Positions 35,288 to 44,095 of a DNA stretch of 52,527 nt are shown here, piece by piece. Position 1 is the first letter of the stretch. The number at the start of each line of letters is the position of its first letter. The translations under genes were made by a program, and so were the position numbers. The stretch spans positions 1 through 52,527 of the forward strand of contig JAZQBR010000274.1 in the NCBI GenBank assembly GCA_045545855.1. The letters run 5' to 3'. Below the pieces are notes generated by a model, which was not told where the DNA came from, made no database searches, and saw only the letters and a program-made list of their open reading frames with translations. The stretch is from Kiritimatiellia bacterium (GTDB lineage: Bacteria; Verrucomicrobiota; Kiritimatiellia; RFP12; UBA1067).

Positions 35288-37270
35288 CTATTTGAATATC
35301 AAGCGAAAGCCGCCGGCATCGCGCAGAGGCTGCCAGCGCACATCCCTTATCCACACGGAAAATTCGGAAATCGAACTATCCGTTTGCACCGCCTTGTATC
35401 TGCTCGCGACCCAGTTGACAGTCGTCTCGCCGGCGTCCGGAATCTCGACAGCGACGGTGGTCCACCCGTCCTGCAGGGGCCCGTCGGCAATAGTCGTCTC
35501 TTCTGCGGCGCCGGGCGCGAGATATGTGAACTCGATGCCTGGGGCGGACGCATTCCAGCCGTAGCGCTCAATGTCGACAGTGGCCTTCCAGCTGAACGAG
35601 AGCGTACCCGGCCCCTTCACGACGCCCGTGAGCCTTGAGAGCCTGTTCATCGCCACGTCGGAGACTTTGACAGCGCGTTCCGTCTCGTCGACCGCCCAGC
35701 AGCCGGCGTATTCGCTCTCGGGCGTCCATTGAGACATCATGTTCTGCCGGCCCTGGGCAGCAAGATCGAAGTCGGCGCCGGCCGCGAGCGCGAGCTCGCC
35801 GAGCCGGCATTCCCATATCGCGTAGAGGACGATTCTCGCGCCTGCCGTGACGGCGAGATTCGAGACAACGGCACTATCAGCCCAGACCGCCGCCGTGTCG
35901 GCGCTGTTTGTCGACCAGCCGAGAAAAGCATGCCAGTCGCGCGCGAAGGCGCACTCGCAGAGAGCCTTGGCCTCATCATAAAGGAATGTCTGCGCGGACA
36001 TCTTGCCGCCACCGCCGTTCGGCGCGAAAGCGACTGTGTAGGCGATGGGCGAATAGAGCGCGCCAATTATCATATCGGACCTTACATCATCGCAGGCTGC
36101 ACTCCACTTGTCAAACACATAGCCCGTCGGCGGGATTGTGCCCGAGAGGTCCGGCGGGGTCGCCGACGCGCCCTCGGCAACCTCGACGACATTGGTCGCC
36201 AAGACATCGCCCGAGTAGTAGACGAAGCTGACGGAATGGCGCGGCACTGCGCGCCATCTCGCCTTGAGGACGATTGTGGCGTCGTCGTCGCCCGGGAAGG
36301 ACCGGCCTTCTTCCACGAGTGTATCGCCATCGTACCAACCGAGAAACACGCTCCCGGTCTTGACCGGCTCTGGCAGGGCGGGGCACGTCTCGTCGCCAAC
36401 GGCATAGACGGCTGCCGGCGACACAGCACCGCCGTCGGGGTCTAGCTCTACAGTCACCTTTCGCGGCCGCCACACGCCATACAGCACAACGACAGCGTTC
36501 GTCGTGCCTTCGGTCCTGGCCCCGAGCAGTTTGCCCGGCTCCACGCCATCCGCCTTCGCTATCGGCTCGCCGAAATGGAACATGGCGGCTTCATCGGTCG
36601 CATTCGTTGAAAGGCCGAGAAGCTTGTAGTGGCTCTTGCTCCAAACACGCTCCGCAACAACGATTGAGTTGGTATAGGCGACATCGCGGTTGTCGCCGTC
36701 GCGAACCGTATTGTCTACCGAGCCTGGGCGATTCGCGTTCAGGTAGAGGTCGTAGTGAAGCCACGTGAAACAAGGCGCCACCTCTATGAATTGCGGCAGA
36801 GCGACATTCTCCACGAGATTCGTCGCGCTAAGGTAGATCGTCGAGCCTGTAAGCCGGCCCTTCTCATATCTCTGATACGATGAAAGCGACTTGCCGTGGC
36901 AGTTGTCGTCATTCGCGAGCGAGGCGTTCACTATCGCCCATTGGTCGCTCCCGTCACGTTGGGCCCACCCCTCCATCGGGACGGTCGCGGTAAATACTGC
37001 AAGATATGGCAGCTGGGGCAGCGAGTATTTTTTAGAGCGGTCTTTGACGATCTTCTTCGGGGCCGCGACAACCTCGAAGGGCGCGCCAAGCCTTGCCGCC
37101 ATTACGTCGGTTTTCAATACTACACCGTCAAAAACGCACAGGTCGCCCGTGTAGTAGTACTGGGCTTTAGCCGATAGGGGCAAAAGGACCGCAAGCGCGG
37201 CGAGGGCAAGCACGACGCGCCGCGCCGCGCCGCCAATGCCGCGCCGAATCTCCACCCCAGCCGCTTTCAC
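35288..37270 (-). CDS. exported protein with three Listeria-Bacteroides (InlB B-repeat / Flg_new) repeats (~660 aa)
   Basis: ORF 35288..37402 overlaps rho, so it is trimmed to GTG 37270 (VKAAGVEIRRGIGGAARRVVLALAALAVLLPLSAKAQ). GTG 37254 is an alternative and no ATG is available. Repeat hallmarks FLGWYDGDTLV, YVFDKWS and FLGWSTNS. The protein ends GGFRLIFK. Confidence 0.7.
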   Translation of the reverse strand: MKAAGVEIRRGIGGAARRVVLALAALAVLLPLSAKAQYYYTGDLCVFDGVVLKTDVMAARLGAPFEVVAAPKKIVKDRSKKYSLPQLPYLAVFTATVPMEGWAQRDGSDQWAIVNASLANDDNCHGKSLSSYQRYEKGRLTGSTIYLSATNLVENVALPQFIEVAPCFTWLHYDLYLNANRPGSVDNTVRDGDNRDVAYTNSIVVAERVWSKSHYKLLGLSTNATDEAAMFHFGEPIAKADGVEPGKLLGARTEGTTNAVVVLYGVWRPRKVTVELDPDGGAVSPAAVYAVGDETCPALPEPVKTGSVFLGWYDGDTLVEEGRSFPGDDDATIVLKARWRAVPRHSVSFVYYSGDVLATNVVEVAEGASATPPDLSGTIPPTGYVFDKWSAACDDVRSDMIIGALYSPIAYTVAFAPNGGGGKMSAQTFLYDEAKALCECAFARDWHAFLGWSTNSADTAAVWADSAVVSNLAVTAGARIVLYAIWECRLGELALAAGADFDLAAQGRQNMMSQWTPESEYAGCWAVDETERAVKVSDVAMNRLSRLTGVVKGPGTLSFSWKATVDIERYGWNASAPGIEFTYLAPGAAEETTIADGPLQDGWTTVAVEIPDAGETTVNWVASRYKAVQTDSSISEFSVWIRDVRWQPLRDAGGFRLIFK

Positions 37271-37272
37271 TG

Positions 37273-38823
37273 TCAAGTGTTCTTGTTGAGGTCCAGAGCG
37301 AGAAGGAACTCGGGGTTGGACTTCGTTTTCTTGAGAGAGTTCAGCACCGACTTCATCGCCGACTCCGAGTCGGCGTTCGCGAGGATGCGGCGCATGCCCC
37401 ATGTCTTCTCCAGCTCAAGCGGGTCGAGAAGCAAGTCTTCCTTTCGGGTGCCGGACTTTGCGACGTCCACAGCCGGGAAGATTCTCTTGTCGGCGAGGCC
37501 GCGGTCGAGGACGATCTCCATGTTGCCGGTACCCTTGAACTCCTCGAAGATTACTTCGTCCATTCTGGAACCCGTGTCAACGAGGCCGGTCGCGATAATT
37601 GTGAGCGAACCGCCGCCTTCGATATTGCGGGCCGCGCCGAAAAAGCGCTTCGGGCGGTGGAGGGCGAGAGCGTCGACACCGCCTGTCAGAATCTTGCCGG
37701 AGTGCGGCTGGACGGTGTTGTAGGCGCGCGCCATGCGCGTTATGGAATCGAGAAGAATAATGACATCGCGCCCGTTCTCTACCTGGCGCTTGGACATCTC
37801 GATCACCATCTCGGCGACATTGACATGGTGCTGCGGCTCCTCGTCGAAAGTTGACGAGAGAACCATCGCCTTCGTGTTGCGCTGCATGTCGGTCACTTCT
37901 TCAGGACGCTCATCAATAAGCAGGACAATGAGCATCGCGTCGGGGTAGTTCGTCGTAATGGCGTTGGCCATCTTCTGCAGGAGCACAGTCTTGCCGACGC
38001 GCGGCGGAGCTATTATGAGGCCGCGTTGGCCGAAGCCGATGGGAGTAAAAAGATCGATGACGCGAGTCGAGTATTCGGTCGGTACGGTCTCGAGAATGAT
38101 GCGACGCGTCGGGAACGTCGGCGTCAGATTCTCGAAGTGCACGACACGGGCTGCGACAGAAGGCTCCTTGCCGTTTACGGTGTTGACATTGCCGAGGCAG
38201 AAGAAGCGGTCGCGGTCGCGAGGGTCGCGAATCGGCCCCTCGATGATGTCGCCCGTCCTGAGGGCGTGGCGCCGTATCTGCTGCTGGGTGACGAAGACAT
38301 CCTCCGGGCAGGCGAGAAAGTTGTTCTTCGCCGATCTGAGAAAACCATGACCCTCCCTCACAATCTCCAGGCAGCCAGAGGCAAGCACCGCGCCGCCTGC
38401 GGCGAGGTAGGCGCGAATGGCCGCGAAGATGAGCTCGTGCTTTCTATAGGTGCCGAGTTCTTCGGGGTCGGCCCCGGGCATCATTTTGTCGACAATCTGC
38501 TGGGCGGGCCAAATCTGTATGTCGGCGAGCCTGTACTCAGGCATCTCCAGGTCGCGGTGCTGGTTGACGGGCTGCACAGGCTCGGCGGCGGTCTGCTCCG
38601 TCGGGAGCGGCGCGTTGAGAAGCGGGTTCACAGACTCGGCCCCGTTTGCTCCGCGAATGGGCGAATTGTTCTGCTTGGGGCCGCGGTGCGCAATGCGCCC
38701 CTTATGGTATACGCGCTTTGCGTTCGCCGCCGGAGCGTTCGCCGACTGCTGTGCCGCCGCCGGCTGGGCTTGTTGCGTCGCAGGCTTCGCCGCCTGCGCA
38801 AATACGTCAAATTCTTCTGCCAT
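37273..38823 (-). CDS. rho: transcription termination factor Rho with ~95-aa low-complexity N-terminal extension
   Basis: 516-aa ORF with Walker A PPRVGKTVLLQ, plus LLIDERPEEVTDM, LLDSITRMARAYN and RIFPAVDVAKSGTRKEDLL. AGGAGAAG lies upstream of the ATG. Confidence 0.95.
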   Translation of the reverse strand: MAEEFDVFAQAAKPATQQAQPAAAQQSANAPAANAKRVYHKGRIAHRGPKQNNSPIRGANGAESVNPLLNAPLPTEQTAAEPVQPVNQHRDLEMPEYRLADIQIWPAQQIVDKMMPGADPEELGTYRKHELIFAAIRAYLAAGGAVLASGCLEIVREGHGFLRSAKNNFLACPEDVFVTQQQIRRHALRTGDIIEGPIRDPRDRDRFFCLGNVNTVNGKEPSVAARVVHFENLTPTFPTRRIILETVPTEYSTRVIDLFTPIGFGQRGLIIAPPRVGKTVLLQKMANAITTNYPDAMLIVLLIDERPEEVTDMQRNTKAMVLSSTFDEEPQHHVNVAEMVIEMSKRQVENGRDVIILLDSITRMARAYNTVQPHSGKILTGGVDALALHRPKRFFGAARNIEGGGSLTIIATGLVDTGSRMDEVIFEEFKGTGNMEIVLDRGLADKRIFPAVDVAKSGTRKEDLLLDPLELEKTWGMRRILANADSESAMKSVLNSLKKTKSNPEFLLALDLNKNT

Positions 38824-38846
38824 GTCGTTCTCTTCTCCTGTTTCTT

Positions 38847-39386
38847 TCAGTGTCGCGCCGCCTGAGCGAGCCAGGCGGCCATGCGTTGCGCGGCGCGGCG
38901 CAACTCATCCGCCGACCCGTCGTTGCGGATCACGTATTGGGATTTCGCAGCCTTGACCGACACGTCCATTTGGGCGGCGAGCCGGGCTTCGGCCTCTTCG
39001 CGGGAGTAGCCCCGCGTTACCGTCATCCTCTCGATCTGCTTCTCCCGGGAGGAGACGACGCAACATATTATATCATAATCCGCTTCCCAATGCACCTCGA
39101 AAAGCAAAGGAATTATCGCGACGCCGATACGCCCGGCGCCGGCCGCCTCTCGCGCCGAGAACCACTCTCTTATCCTGCGTCTCACGATCGGATGTATGCG
39201 CGCCTCAAGCTCGCGCCGGGCGGCAGGATCGGCGAAGACAATCCCGGCGAGACGCCGCCTCTCTTCGACAGGCAGCAGATCATGGACAATGTCATCAGCG
39301 TCTATCGTGTCGACGCCGAACTCGTTCAAGTAACGAGACAGGAGGGATTTGCCGCAGGCAATCCCCCCTGTCATTGCGATTTTCAC
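38847..39386 (-). CDS. coaE: dephospho-CoA kinase
   Basis: 179-aa ORF with a GTG start (VKIAMTGGIACGKSLLSRYL, P-loop). ATG 39374 is an alternative. Confidence 0.85.
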   Translation of the reverse strand: MKIAMTGGIACGKSLLSRYLNEFGVDTIDADDIVHDLLPVEERRRLAGIVFADPAARRELEARIHPIVRRRIREWFSAREAAGAGRIGVAIIPLLFEVHWEADYDIICCVVSSREKQIERMTVTRGYSREEAEARLAAQMDVSVKAAKSQYVIRNDGSADELRRAAQRMAAWLAQAARH

Positions 39387-39401
39387 GCACCTGTCGATCG
39401 C

Positions 39402-42400
39402 TTAGTCCTCCTCGTCGCTGGGGGCGGACTTGGCCTCTGTATCCTTCACGTCAAGCGAGCCCATCGGCACCTCGCGGCCCCGCACATCGACGAGACGGGT
39501 CGTCACGAAGATGAGCAGGTTGCGCTTTGAAGTCTGCTCGGAGTGGCTGCGGAAGAGCCTGCCGACAAACGGGATGTCGCCTAGGAACGGTATCTTGTCA
39601 TCCATCGCCTTGCGCGCCTCGGTAATCAGGCCGCCCATGACGATTGTCGCGCCAGGATAGACCGAAACGGTCGAATCGATCGAGCGCACATGGAAGAACG
39701 GCTGTTCCATCGGGGCGTCGTAGTAGGTCATATTGTCGCCCGAGCTCGTGGCCGAGAGGCTGTCGAGAGCGGTCGTGGCCGAGTTGACGGCCGACTCTGC
39801 GAACGTCGCGCGCATCGTGTCGTTAAGACCGGTGCCAAGCGTTGTGAGAACAGCCGAAAGACCGGTCAGAATCTCGCCGATGCCGGCGAAGCTCTGGAGC
39901 GACGAGCTGTTGCCCGTGAAAGGAATTCTCATACCATAGTTTTTCCATGTCGGCTCGTCGACAACCTGGGTGTTAAGCTTTAGGTCGATAAGGTTGCCGT
40001 CGTCTGTAAGCGTCGGCGTGACATCAAGGATGACACCGACCTCGCGCATCGTGAACGATTGGGGCTCGACAACAGCGAGAATCGCCGACTGGCTACCACC
40101 GCTGCCGTAGCCGCCGCTCGACGAGCTGGACTGCAGCTGCACGTCATAGTCCGTCGGGTAGATATACTCTGTCACCACCTTGATGACCGCTTCCTCGCCG
40201 GGGCGCGTAAGCACCTTTGGCGCGGAAAGGAGATCGGTGTCGCTGCGCTGCGAGAGCATGTGCAGAATCATCGACAGGTCTGCAGCGCCAAGGAACGCAT
40301 TCACCTTCATGAACTTGTCGTTCGTCGACCTGCCCTCGCCGGAAATGTGGTTGGAGAGCGTGTCAAGGTAGCGATTGGCACCGCCCGTGAGCTCTGAGTC
40401 GCCGCCCATGCTGCTGATGCCTATGTTCTTTCGGCCCGGGGTTCTGTCACGAATCCACCCGGCGCCATTGGACCTGGCGAATACAGTCTTCGTGGAGCTG
40501 AAGGCGGTCTGAGAGACGGGCACGGTGGTAGTAGTGGTCGTTGTGACACCGCCTATGTTCTGCACGTTCTCCTGTCCGGCGGTCGCAAGGGTCTGGCTGT
40601 CCCAGCTCGTAGTGGTCTTGGCGGAACCGTCAAAAGAGCCCCACGTGCCGCGCCTCAGACCGAGCGCCTGACCGACATGGCGGCCTACGCCGAGCGTGTA
40701 GTCGCTGTTGAGAATCCACTCGAAGCCTAGAGAGTTCAAGTCGTCCTGGCAGACTTCGACGAAACGCGCCTCTATTTCGATGAGCTTCGGGTCGGCGTTC
40801 ATTTCGGTCAACGCCTGCTCAAGTTCGGCCAGGTTCTCGTAGGTGTTCTTGACGCGAAGTTTGCCGATTGTCTTGATGTACATGATGGACGAACCCTCGG
40901 GCCATTTAACGCCCAGAAGCGAGAAGAACTCCTTCCAGTCGCGTTCCTGGCTCTCCTCGCCGTCATCGCGGCGACTCGCGTTGGACGCGCCGCCGAAACC
41001 GCCGGAGCGCATTTCCTTCATATCGCTGGAGGCGGAATCCATCCTCTCCATGAACGAGGAGAGCACGGGGTAGCTGCGAGTGACCATTTCCTCAATGGCG
41101 GCGTCCTTGTGCATGACGACGACCATGGAGTTTTGGACCTTGAACTTGTACTCGACAGATTCGCAGACGAGCTTCAGCGCCTCGTAGAACGAGATATCGC
41201 TCGCGGTAATCATCGGGATGACAGGCACGCCCGACTGCGCGCCGGCACCGCCCTCGTCGTCTTCGGCGGCGAAGCCCGACGACTCCTCCTCGACGGCAGC
41301 GGTGGCCCTGATAGCCTCCGGCGGCTTGAGGAAGAAGTTGAAGCCGCGCTGTTCAAGCGGGATTTCGGGACGGTCGTAGTCCTTCGAAGCAGTGCGGAAG
41401 AACTCGACAGCGTCGATAATCGTAGCCGGCGGCTTGAACGAAATCGCCGGCAGGCGCATCTCCTTCATGCGCTTGATGATTGTTTGCTCGGCGGAGCGCT
41501 CGGGATCCTTCGGATCGACCGGGCCCGGCCTTGTCTCCTTCACATCGTCGACCTCGCGCGCGTCGACCGCGTAGACGGGGCGCCACGCCTTGTCTACATC
41601 GGCCATCATGCCCTCGCGGGCACTCTCCCGCTCCTGCATAAGAATCGTGTGGCGCTTCTTCTGGATTGTCTTCATTATGCGAAGCGCCTCCTGGTTGTAG
41701 GGGTCGGTGACCAGCACGAGGCCGCACTCGTCGGCAGCCTTGTCGAGCTGCCTGGATGAGATGTACTGGTGGGCGCGCTTGAGATGCTGGTTGTTCTTGG
41801 CGCGCTGGGCCTTGTACTCGTCTTCGTTGCGGAGCGTCTTAATCTCAGAAATATCAGTCTTGTTGGCGTCCGGGTCGCCAGCGGCCTTCCAAGACTGGAG
41901 TTGGCGGCGCGCCTTGGGGTGGCGGCGCGCGACGGCCTTGTCCATGGGCTTCATGGCGCGCTCGCGGCGGCCCATCGCGTCCTCCTGCATGGCGGCGCGG
42001 TAGAGGCTGTCGGCGATGCCCTGCTCGCACTCCTTGCGCATCTCAGCGTAGCGCGGACTGTCATTAAGCAGCCTAACTGCGAGAGCATAGTGTTTGGCAG
42101 CCTCGAGGAACTCCTCGCTGGCCATACAACGCTCGGCCTCCTCATGCTCGCGCTGCGCCTGGAGCGCATACGCCTGAAGGCTCAGCTCACGAGTCTTGGC
42201 CAGTTGCTCGATAAGTTCCTTGTCTTTTTCGGGGATGAGCGAGTTGTTGGCGGCTGATTCTTCTGCGGGGGCAGCTGTCGACGCCACCTCGGCGGGCTCT
42301 TCGGGTTCCTCTGCCGCAGGCTCTGGCTCGGCCGCCTCGGCGACCTCTTCCGGCTCCTCCGCCTTGGAGTCCTCTGCCTCGGCGGCGGGCTCTTCATCGG

Positions 42401-42971
42401 CCGCAGGCTCTTCAGCCACAGGTGCCTCTTCTTCAGCGGCAAGCTCGTTTATGGTCTCAAGAACCTCTTCGGGCTTGGCAGCGGGCTCCTCGGCTTCTGC
42501 GACGGGCTCTTCGTCGGCGACGGGCTCTTCAGCCTCCGCGACGGGCTCTTCAGCCTCCGCGACGGGCTCTTCGTCGGCGGCGGACTCTTCGGCCTCAGTC
42601 GCAGGCCCTTCCGCCTCGGCGACGGGCTCTTCGCCAGCCGCAGGCTCTTCAGCCTCCGCGACGGGCTCTTCGCCAGCCACAGGCTCTTCAGCCTCCGCGA
42701 CGGACTCTTCCTCCGCCGCGGACTCTTCAGCCTCGGCCTCGGCAACGGGCTCCTCGTCGACGGAGGCTTCCTCCTCGACAACGGGGTCTTCTCCCGGCGC
42801 GGAATCTTCCGCGTCGGCAGGCTCCGCAGCCACAGGAGCGTCCCCCAGATCTTTCAACAGATCGTCGAGATCATCCTGTGCGATGACATTCTGTCCGATG
42901 GCAACGAGTGCCGCTGTCGCGCTGATAGCGACGAGGTTCCTTAGGTTCGTCATGGCAAACACATGCTCCAT
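39402..42971 (-). CDS. giant secretin (PilQ/GspD family C-terminus) with acidic repeat N-terminal region
   Basis: 1189-aa ORF with signal/anchor MTNLRNLVAISATAALVAIGQNVIAQ. The start may be ATG 42971 or ATG 42953. Secretin C-terminal signature MGGLITEARKAMDDKIPFLGDIPFVGRLFRSHSEQTSKRNLLIFVTTRLV. Confidence 0.85.
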   Translation of the reverse strand: MEHVFAMTNLRNLVAISATAALVAIGQNVIAQDDLDDLLKDLGDAPVAAEPADAEDSAPGEDPVVEEEASVDEEPVAEAEAEESAAEEESVAEAEEPVAGEEPVAEAEEPAAGEEPVAEAEGPATEAEESAADEEPVAEAEEPVAEAEEPVADEEPVAEAEEPAAKPEEVLETINELAAEEEAPVAEEPAADEEPAAEAEDSKAEEPEEVAEAAEPEPAAEEPEEPAEVASTAAPAEESAANNSLIPEKDKELIEQLAKTRELSLQAYALQAQREHEEAERCMASEEFLEAAKHYALAVRLLNDSPRYAEMRKECEQGIADSLYRAAMQEDAMGRRERAMKPMDKAVARRHPKARRQLQSWKAAGDPDANKTDISEIKTLRNEDEYKAQRAKNNQHLKRAHQYISSRQLDKAADECGLVLVTDPYNQEALRIMKTIQKKRHTILMQERESAREGMMADVDKAWRPVYAVDAREVDDVKETRPGPVDPKDPERSAEQTIIKRMKEMRLPAISFKPPATIIDAVEFFRTASKDYDRPEIPLEQRGFNFFLKPPEAIRATAAVEEESSGFAAEDDEGGAGAQSGVPVIPMITASDISFYEALKLVCESVEYKFKVQNSMVVVMHKDAAIEEMVTRSYPVLSSFMERMDSASSDMKEMRSGGFGGASNASRRDDGEESQERDWKEFFSLLGVKWPEGSSIMYIKTIGKLRVKNTYENLAELEQALTEMNADPKLIEIEARFVEVCQDDLNSLGFEWILNSDYTLGVGRHVGQALGLRRGTWGSFDGSAKTTTSWDSQTLATAGQENVQNIGGVTTTTTTTVPVSQTAFSSTKTVFARSNGAGWIRDRTPGRKNIGISSMGGDSELTGGANRYLDTLSNHISGEGRSTNDKFMKVNAFLGAADLSMILHMLSQRSDTDLLSAPKVLTRPGEEAVIKVVTEYIYPTDYDVQLQSSSSSGGYGSGGSQSAILAVVEPQSFTMREVGVILDVTPTLTDDGNLIDLKLNTQVVDEPTWKNYGMRIPFTGNSSSLQSFAGIGEILTGLSAVLTTLGTGLNDTMRATFAESAVNSATTALDSLSATSSGDNMTYYDAPMEQPFFHVRSIDSTVSVYPGATIVMGGLITEARKAMDDKIPFLGDIPFVGRLFRSHSEQTSKRNLLIFVTTRLVDVRGREVPMGSLDVKDTEAKSAPSDEED
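42499..42735 (-). repeat. in-frame 18/21-nt tandem repeats encoding EEPVAEA-type acidic units inside the secretin gene
   Basis: Six exact copies of the 14-mer GCGACGGGCTCTTC start at 42499, 42517, 42538, 42559, 42619 and 42658, with degenerate copies between and after them. The wider acidic E/A/P/V tract spans about 42237-42854. Confidence 0.85.
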
Positions 42972-43006
42972 TGAGATTTTGTTCGACTATTATAACCTAT
43001 TTTCGG

Positions 43007-44095
43007 TTACTGTTCAAGTGCCTCTATTACACGTTCTTTGTTGGAGCGGACGCTCTGGAGTGTGAGACGGACACCCTTTTGACGCACCACTTCCATCTTC
43101 AGAACCTTGTATTTCCACCCATTTACGTCGATTTCCTGTCCTTCGACCACATAGAATTCATGATGCCCGCCGCGCTCGCAGACCACTTTGGCCTGCTCGT
43201 CGACTGGAGTGCGCTGCGCGCCCTGCACCAGCCGCACGACCTTTTTGTCGGCCTTGCGCTCCAATTGGGCCTCGTAATACTCCTCGCGCCTCGTCATGCC
43301 GCCGCCCATCTTGCGGGTGCGGGTCTTGAGCTCGCAGCTCTTGACGACGAAGCCTGTTTCGCCCACGTCTCCGCCCTCGTAGACGGAGTAGACGCCGCGG
43401 CTGTAGTCATTGGCATGCTTCGGGTCCTTGAAGTTGATCTTCATTCCGCTCGGTGTCTTGTAAGCGCCGGTAAGCATGAGCGTCGTGAACGTCTGCTTGA
43501 GCGGCAGCTCGACTTTGAGCGAATCTAGGTAGTCGGGGTGGTCGTCCTTGTCGGACGGGCTGGTGCCCGCCTCGAACTCTTCGATGTTCGTGAAGCCATC
43601 GCCGTCGATATCGCCCTCGGCGTCGGCGGAGTCCTTCGGGTCGAGACCATGGAGTTTCTCGTACTCGTCGGTGAGGCCGTCGCCGTCAGTGTCGAGCATC
43701 GGCTTCTCTTCCTGCTTCTGGGCCACGCCGCAGTCGGCATAAGGGCAGACATCGACGCCGAACGGTATTGGCCTGCCGCAGCTCGCGCTGCCGTCGACAC
43801 TGGCGCAGAACACGCAGAACTCGGAGGCTAGAAAGCTACCCTTGTCTGCGGGTACGTCGGCGAGCGACCTTGGGGCCTTCACGGCGAGCATTGTCTGCTC
43901 AAGGCGTTCGAGCGAAACGGCGGCGACATCGGCCTTCTTGCCGGACGCGGAGACGCCGCCAAACGAATTGTCGCCGTCCTCGGCTAGAACAAAGTTGAAC
44001 ACGACGGAGGCTGCGAGAGCCGCAACGCCGCCAATTGCGACGAACCACTCCCAATGCTTCGCGAAAACGTTCTTCTCTGATGATCGGGATATCAT
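43007..44095 (-). CDS. bitopic protein in the PilP position: N-terminal TM, Cys cluster, two thrombospondin-type-3-like Ca-binding repeats, C-terminal beta-rich domain (Amuc_1099-position)
   Basis: 362-aa ORF with TM WFVAIGGVAALAASVVFNFVL. Cys cluster CVFCASVDGSASCGRPIPFGVDVCPYADC. Repeats DTDGDGLTDEYE and DIDGDGFTNIEEFE. ATGA overlap with the upstream gene. The functional call rests on position only. Confidence 0.65.
   Translation of the reverse strand: MISRSSEKNVFAKHWEWFVAIGGVAALAASVVFNFVLAEDGDNSFGGVSASGKKADVAAVSLERLEQTMLAVKAPRSLADVPADKGSFLASEFCVFCASVDGSASCGRPIPFGVDVCPYADCGVAQKQEEKPMLDTDGDGLTDEYEKLHGLDPKDSADAEGDIDGDGFTNIEEFEAGTSPSDKDDHPDYLDSLKVELPLKQTFTTLMLTGAYKTPSGMKINFKDPKHANDYSRGVYSVYEGGDVGETGFVVKSCELKTRTRKMGGGMTRREEYYEAQLERKADKKVVRLVQGAQRTPVDEQAKVVCERGGHHEFYVVEGQEIDVNGWKYKVLKMEVVRQKGVRLTLQSVRSNKERVIEALEQ

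Noticed and set aside
42499-42735. Tandem 18/21-nt repeats considered as a CRISPR or non-coding satellite.
   Set aside because: They are in frame inside the secretin ORF (all multiples of 3) and encode the acidic EEPVAEA units.
42989-42994. TATAAT hexamer (GGTTATAAT on the minus strand) in the 35-nt gap before the secretin gene, considered as an internal promoter.
   Set aside because: It lacks the TG extension seen at the other sites and sits inside a tightly packed operon. It could equally be chance in a short AT-rich spacer. Left as unresolved rather than called.
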